NCBI RefSeq assembly: GCF_002105155.1
Contig: NW_019029016.1
Span: 1 to 64,000, forward strand
DNA length: 64,000 nt
Origin: Lobosporangium transversale
Taxonomy: Eukaryota
Direction of reading: 5' to 3'
The notes under the pieces are model-generated. The model saw nothing but the letters and a program-made list of their open reading frames with translations, searched no databases and had not been told where the DNA came from. Both the position numbers and the translations under genes were made by a program. Shown one piece after another: positions 60,122-64,000 of this stretch. How positions within the stretch are numbered: position 1 is the first letter of the stretch; each line of letters opens with the position of its first letter.

Positions 60122-60321
60122 ATCACAGCGGGAGCCGACCTATAATGTGTCACTTCTTTTCTTTATTAATTCGCCGAAAATCCATAGTCACTAAATAAAA
60201 TAAACAATTTTTTTTTTTTTTTTTTTGCTACAAAACTATGGTGCCACAAAGATTGATCAGCATCTTCTTTTCTTTCGCCCTTCCGGAACACATCCACTGG
60301 CATACTTTAGAAGTTCCACTA

Positions 60322-61191
60322 ATGAGTGATATTGATATTGAAAACAACGATGACCGCAACATCGATAGTTCCATTAACATCCATGACCTCCTGGTTCCTG
60401 AACCCCAGGCATATAACTTTATTCCAAACAAAGCCATCCTCGAACTTTTCCCAAATTTTGACAGAAAAGATTTCTTTGTCCCTGATCCAGAGAAAAAAGA
60501 TCAGTATGAGGACCTTCGGGACACATTACAAACAACCATCGGCTCTTACCCCAAAAACAAGCTTCAGAAGTATTCTGCACCACCTATTACCGACCTACCA
60601 TGGCCCGACAGTGCCAAGTTACGGCAGCAGTTCGACTCTGATCTGGCGTCCATTCAATCCAAGCTGGCTATCCATACGCGCCCCTTGGACAAGTATGTCT
60701 TGGATGCCATGCAAGACGACAGTCGCTCCGACGAGTCCACGCTATCAGCCATTGAGGGAGTTTCCGATCTCATCGAGCATATCAAGCAGATTAGCCATTA
60801 CATCCACGACCTCCGAGTGCAGAACCTTGAGAGAGCTCATGGTCTACAGCTGCTTACCAGGAAAAGCAATGCCAAGACACCGGCTGTGGACTCCCAATCC
60901 CTTTTGGAGAAAAAGAAGCTTCTGTTATCCATCAAACGAAACCTGTATTCCAACAGCACAGGACGCGGTTCGAACAGGAACAGGCATGATCGAAACAATA
61001 ATTTCCCTAGAAATAGCGCTCAGAGCAGCTATTCTAATCAAGGTCAGAGCAATCAGTCGCAGAGCCAGCCTGATAGCAACAACAACATCAGTGGCGGTAA
61101 CCGGCATTTTTACAATGCCCGAGGCAACTCCAACAGGGGTCGCGAACGGGGTCGCGGCCGAGGGCATCAACAAACGACCGACCACCAGTAG
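60322..61191 (+). CDS. gag: DIRS gag-like protein
   Basis: YSAP..LPWP..TRPLD, RG-rich tail; ATG at 60322 preferred by analogy to the other element (track ORF starts at 60238). Confidence 0.85.
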   Translation: MSDIDIENNDDRNIDSSINIHDLLVPEPQAYNFIPNKAILELFPNFDRKDFFVPDPEKKDQYEDLRDTLQTTIGSYPKNKLQKYSAPPITDLPWPDSAKLRQQFDSDLASIQSKLAIHTRPLDKYVLDAMQDDSRSDESTLSAIEGVSDLIEHIKQISHYIHDLRVQNLERAHGLQLLTRKSNAKTPAVDSQSLLEKKKLLLSIKRNLYSNSTGRGSNRNRHDRNNNFPRNSAQSSYSNQGQSNQSQSQPDSNNNISGGNRHFYNARGNSNRGRERGRGRGHQQTTDHQ

Positions 61192-64000
61192 GAGGCAGGA
61201 TTCACTTATTCCAGCAAGCATGGGCGATGATCACAGACGAGCAATGGGTCCGGGACATAATAGCCAAAGGATTCAGGATCCCATTCAAGTCGCCACCTCC
61301 ACTCTCATCCAGCCCAAGCAAGTCCCACAAGCTATCAGTGAAGGAAACAGAGTCCATAGAGAAAGAGATAGTGAGTCTTTTGGCCAAAAAAGCAATAGAA
61401 ACAGTATCTTCCCCTACAGGCTTTTACAGTCGGATATTTACCATCCCCAAAAAGACAGGCGATCTTCGTCCTGTATTGAATCTCAAACCATTGAACCAAT
61501 ATATACCGGACAGACATTTCAAGATGGAAAGTATCAAAAATGTCTGCTCCATGATGAACAAAAACGATTTTATGACGAGCATAGATCTATCAGACGCATT
61601 CATGCATGTTCTGGTACATCCTTCGTCGAGGAAATATCTTCAGTTCGAATGGCAGGGACACCATTACCAGTTCCGAGTCCTTCCATTCGGGCTCTCTCTG
61701 TCCCCCCTTATATTTACGAAGATGTTGCGCCCTGTCCTCAGGTGGGCAAGACGCCAGGGAATCCGAATGACGGCTTACATAGACGATCTTCTAATTATAG
61801 CTCCCAGCAGAGAACGAGCCATACAATACACCCAGCGCGTCCTATCAAAGCTTCAATCATTAGGCTTCTTAGTGAAAGAAGAAAAGTCAACGCTAGAACC
61901 AACGCAAGTCATAGAGCATCTGGGCTTTACCATCAACAGCAGAAACATGACACTCTCGATCCCTCAACACAAAATCAGAGACATTCGCAGGGAAGCGCGC
62001 AAAATAAGGAACAATGGCGTTTGCAGCTTAAGAAGTTTATCCGCCTTCATCGGGAAAGCAATGGCAATGACAGCAGCCGTATTTCCAGCTCGACTGATGT
62101 GCCAGCGCCTTCTCCAGATAAAGAACGACGCCCTTCGACAAGGCCACAAATGGACCGACACGATCACAGTGACAGAGTCGGCAAAGGACAACCTCACATG
62201 GTGGATAGACAACCTCCAGCATTGGAACGGACAAACATGGCTCACGGAGAGGACAGAAGTCGACGTTTACACAGATGCCTCGGACACAGGGTGGGGTATC
62301 GTCGTAGACGATTCGACCTATGCAGGGCGATGGACAGCCTCACAGTCTCACGAGCACATCAACGTCAAAGAACTGCGGACAGTTCTATTTGCGACAAAGC
62401 TTCCCCAACTGCAGGGCAAGACAGTGAACATAATTTGCGACAACATGGCCACACTGGCACACATCCAACGGTTCGGAGGGACTCGCTCAGCTCCATTGAT
62501 GGAAATAGCGGACACCATTTGGAAGCATTGCCTAGCAACAGGGACACGACTCAAGACAACATATGTCCCATCATCATTCAACCCAGCGGATGCACCATCA
62601 CGCAGGATGCAATCGCAGTTGGAATGGAGCATTCATCAGGACTTCTTCGATTATCTACAGAAGATCTGGGGCCCGCATCAGACGGATCTGTTTGCATCAT
62701 CAATCAACAACAAAACAGAGAGGTTCATGTCATGGAAGCCAGACCCCTTAGCGATCAACTTCGATGCACTACGGCACCCATGGAGCAATCTGGGGAATCT
62801 GTACATCTGCGCGCCATGGAACCTGATCCCTCAGGCCCTCCAGAAGCTGAGGCTAGAGAAACTACAAGCGACGATCGTAGCTCCGAACTGGCCCAGCGCC
62901 CTATGGTATCCAACTCTTCAAGCGATGGCGACTTGTGCCCCCAGAGAGATCCCACGCAAGTATGTCCTCCCAGCTCCAGGACAAGATCAAAACGTTCTAG
63001 CAAAGAATCCGCACTGGACACTGCAAGCATGGCGCGTAAACGGCGCTATTACACAGACCTAGGTTTAGACAGCGAAGCAGCGGAGACTATACTAGATAAC
63101 CCTCAGACACAGCGACGGCACAAAAAATACGCCCCAGCGCAACAAGTGTTCATCGATTGGGCCAGGCAAAATGACAGGGATCCATTCACCCCCAATCCGA
63201 TCCTTTTAGTTAACTATCTCAATCATCAGATGCGCAACCGTCCATGGTCTCCCGCCACCACTCTGCAGAAACGCTCAGCCATTTTAGCTCTATTTCCAGA
63301 CAAATCAGCGTTTGACAAGAGCCATGTGTATAAGGACTTCATTACAGCCATCAAGGCCAAACACATTCGACCTAGCAACGCATTGAGCATCAATCTCAAC
63401 CCAGCTCTTGATTATATTCGATCCCTTCCTTCTAACGAGGAAATGTCATTCCTTCAGCTCACGAGAAAGCTTTGTTGGCTTCTAGGCGTTTGTGGGTTCC
63501 TTCGTCCAGACGACATTCGATGTATAGACCTGACCAAGACTACATGGACCACAAGCCAACTCATGCTCTTCATTCCTATTCCCAAAGAGAAACGACTTGG
63601 GAACCGCATCGAGAAGACAGTTTGTATTCGTTCCAACAGTGATCCGAAACTGTGCCCTGTGAATACATTTGCTGCGTATTTGCAAAGATTAACAGATCAT
63701 CCACTGGAGGTACCACATCCGAAGGATGACAGTCTGACAATTCAACCTCTCATCCGACATTCCAAATATTTGAATCGAGCAGTATCAGCAGAAACCATTT
63801 CCAATCACATGGACTCGATCTCAACTAAGATCCCAGAAGTGGAAAAGGCTTCCCGACGTATCAAGCCACGCGCACTCGGCTCTACAGCTGCAGCTACAGC
63901 AGGGGTATCGATTGACGACATCATCGCTCATGGTAATTGGTCTTCTCCGGAAACTTTCCAATATTTCTACCGCATGGCTAGTCAGACAAGAACGAATTTT
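60350..64000 (+). CDS. Overprinted >1200-codon ORF ending in tyrosine recombinase (3'-partial; not in the ORF track)
   Basis: Manual scan found no stop in this frame from 60326 through gag and pol; YR motifs FLRPDDI, PKEKR, LCPV, KPRALGST, GNWSS, FY after 63041. Confidence 0.8.
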   Translation, partial: MTATSIVPLTSMTSWFLNPRHITLFQTKPSSNFSQILTEKISLSLIQRKKISMRTFGTHYKQPSALTPKTSFRSILHHLLPTYHGPTVPSYGSSSTLIWRPFNPSWLSIRAPWTSMSWMPCKTTVAPTSPRYQPLREFPISSSISSRLAITSTTSECRTLRELMVYSCLPGKAMPRHRLWTPNPFWRKRSFCYPSNETCIPTAQDAVRTGTGMIETIISLEIALRAAILIKVRAISRRASLIATTTSVAVTGIFTMPEATPTGVANGVAAEGINKRPTTSRRQDSLIPASMGDDHRRAMGPGHNSQRIQDPIQVATSTLIQPKQVPQAISEGNRVHRERDSESFGQKSNRNSIFPYRLLQSDIYHPQKDRRSSSCIESQTIEPIYTGQTFQDGKYQKCLLHDEQKRFYDEHRSIRRIHACSGTSFVEEISSVRMAGTPLPVPSPSIRALSVPPYIYEDVAPCPQVGKTPGNPNDGLHRRSSNYSSQQRTSHTIHPARPIKASIIRLLSERRKVNARTNASHRASGLYHQQQKHDTLDPSTQNQRHSQGSAQNKEQWRLQLKKFIRLHRESNGNDSSRISSSTDVPAPSPDKERRPSTRPQMDRHDHSDRVGKGQPHMVDRQPPALERTNMAHGEDRSRRLHRCLGHRVGYRRRRFDLCRAMDSLTVSRAHQRQRTADSSICDKASPTAGQDSEHNLRQHGHTGTHPTVRRDSLSSIDGNSGHHLEALPSNRDTTQDNICPIIIQPSGCTITQDAIAVGMEHSSGLLRLSTEDLGPASDGSVCIINQQQNREVHVMEARPLSDQLRCTTAPMEQSGESVHLRAMEPDPSGPPEAEARETTSDDRSSELAQRPMVSNSSSDGDLCPQRDPTQVCPPSSRTRSKRSSKESALDTASMARKRRYYTDLGLDSEAAETILDNPQTQRRHKKYAPAQQVFIDWARQNDRDPFTPNPILLVNYLNHQMRNRPWSPATTLQKRSAILALFPDKSAFDKSHVYKDFITAIKAKHIRPSNALSINLNPALDYIRSLPSNEEMSFLQLTRKLCWLLGVCGFLRPDDIRCIDLTKTTWTTSQLMLFIPIPKEKRLGNRIEKTVCIRSNSDPKLCPVNTFAAYLQRLTDHPLEVPHPKDDSLTIQPLIRHSKYLNRAVSAETISNHMDSISTKIPEVEKASRRIKPRALGSTAAATAGVSIDDIIAHGNWSSPETFQYFYRMASQTRTNF
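61185..63062 (+). CDS. pol: DIRS pol: RT, RNase H and N6-MTase-like domain
   Basis: IDLSDAF, LPFGL, YIDD, YTDAS, DLFAS...YICAPW; PVGGR overlaps the gag stop; first ATG at 61227. Confidence 0.93.
   Translation, partial: PVGGRIHLFQQAWAMITDEQWVRDIIAKGFRIPFKSPPPLSSSPSKSHKLSVKETESIEKEIVSLLAKKAIETVSSPTGFYSRIFTIPKKTGDLRPVLNLKPLNQYIPDRHFKMESIKNVCSMMNKNDFMTSIDLSDAFMHVLVHPSSRKYLQFEWQGHHYQFRVLPFGLSLSPLIFTKMLRPVLRWARRQGIRMTAYIDDLLIIAPSRERAIQYTQRVLSKLQSLGFLVKEEKSTLEPTQVIEHLGFTINSRNMTLSIPQHKIRDIRREARKIRNNGVCSLRSLSAFIGKAMAMTAAVFPARLMCQRLLQIKNDALRQGHKWTDTITVTESAKDNLTWWIDNLQHWNGQTWLTERTEVDVYTDASDTGWGIVVDDSTYAGRWTASQSHEHINVKELRTVLFATKLPQLQGKTVNIICDNMATLAHIQRFGGTRSAPLMEIADTIWKHCLATGTRLKTTYVPSSFNPADAPSRRMQSQLEWSIHQDFFDYLQKIWGPHQTDLFASSINNKTERFMSWKPDPLAINFDALRHPWSNLGNLYICAPWNLIPQALQKLRLEKLQATIVAPNWPSALWYPTLQAMATCAPREIPRKYVLPAPGQDQNVLAKNPHWTLQAWRVNGAITQT

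Larger units (their letters stand above)
60119..64000 (+). mobile_element. Second DIRS element (different family), runs off the window end
   Basis: Starts ATTatcacagcggg at an ATT in repeat R (empty site at ~10355-10365, reverse); gag, pol and YR present. Confidence 0.92.

Overview
Eukaryotic, transposon-dense fungal DNA, most likely Mortierellaceae (inferred from Arm-NACHT-pentapeptide-WD40, Crinkler-like and RI-type LRR gene families and GT-AG introns with CTAAC-type branch points). Only one clearly intact host gene is present, a two-exon ~2011-aa NACHT-WD40 NLR-like gene (41813-47971). The rest is nested mobile DNA. Two tail-to-tail Helitrons end in CTCG: a decayed one at ~3115-10236 carrying a hAT, and a 6829-bp one at 10417-17245 whose ends are confirmed by an empty site elsewhere in the window. 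The hAT (4232-7983) has 15-bp TIRs and an 8-bp TSD. There are two apparently intact DIRS retrotransposons (48085-52291; 60119->64000), a deleted DIRS, two ~265-bp mini-DIRS, a probable AcademH remnant, two broken Crinkler-like genes, an LRR pseudogene and four copies of an unclassified 2-3.5 kb repeat ('R'). The most striking signals are: a >1200-codon third reading frame overprinting both gag and pol and ending in the tyrosine recombinase in both diverged DIRS elements; a Helitron family carrying a Cys-rich passenger gene and CCHC micro-exons; and the mini-DIRS units. Identities quoted are by-eye estimates; no database searches were run.
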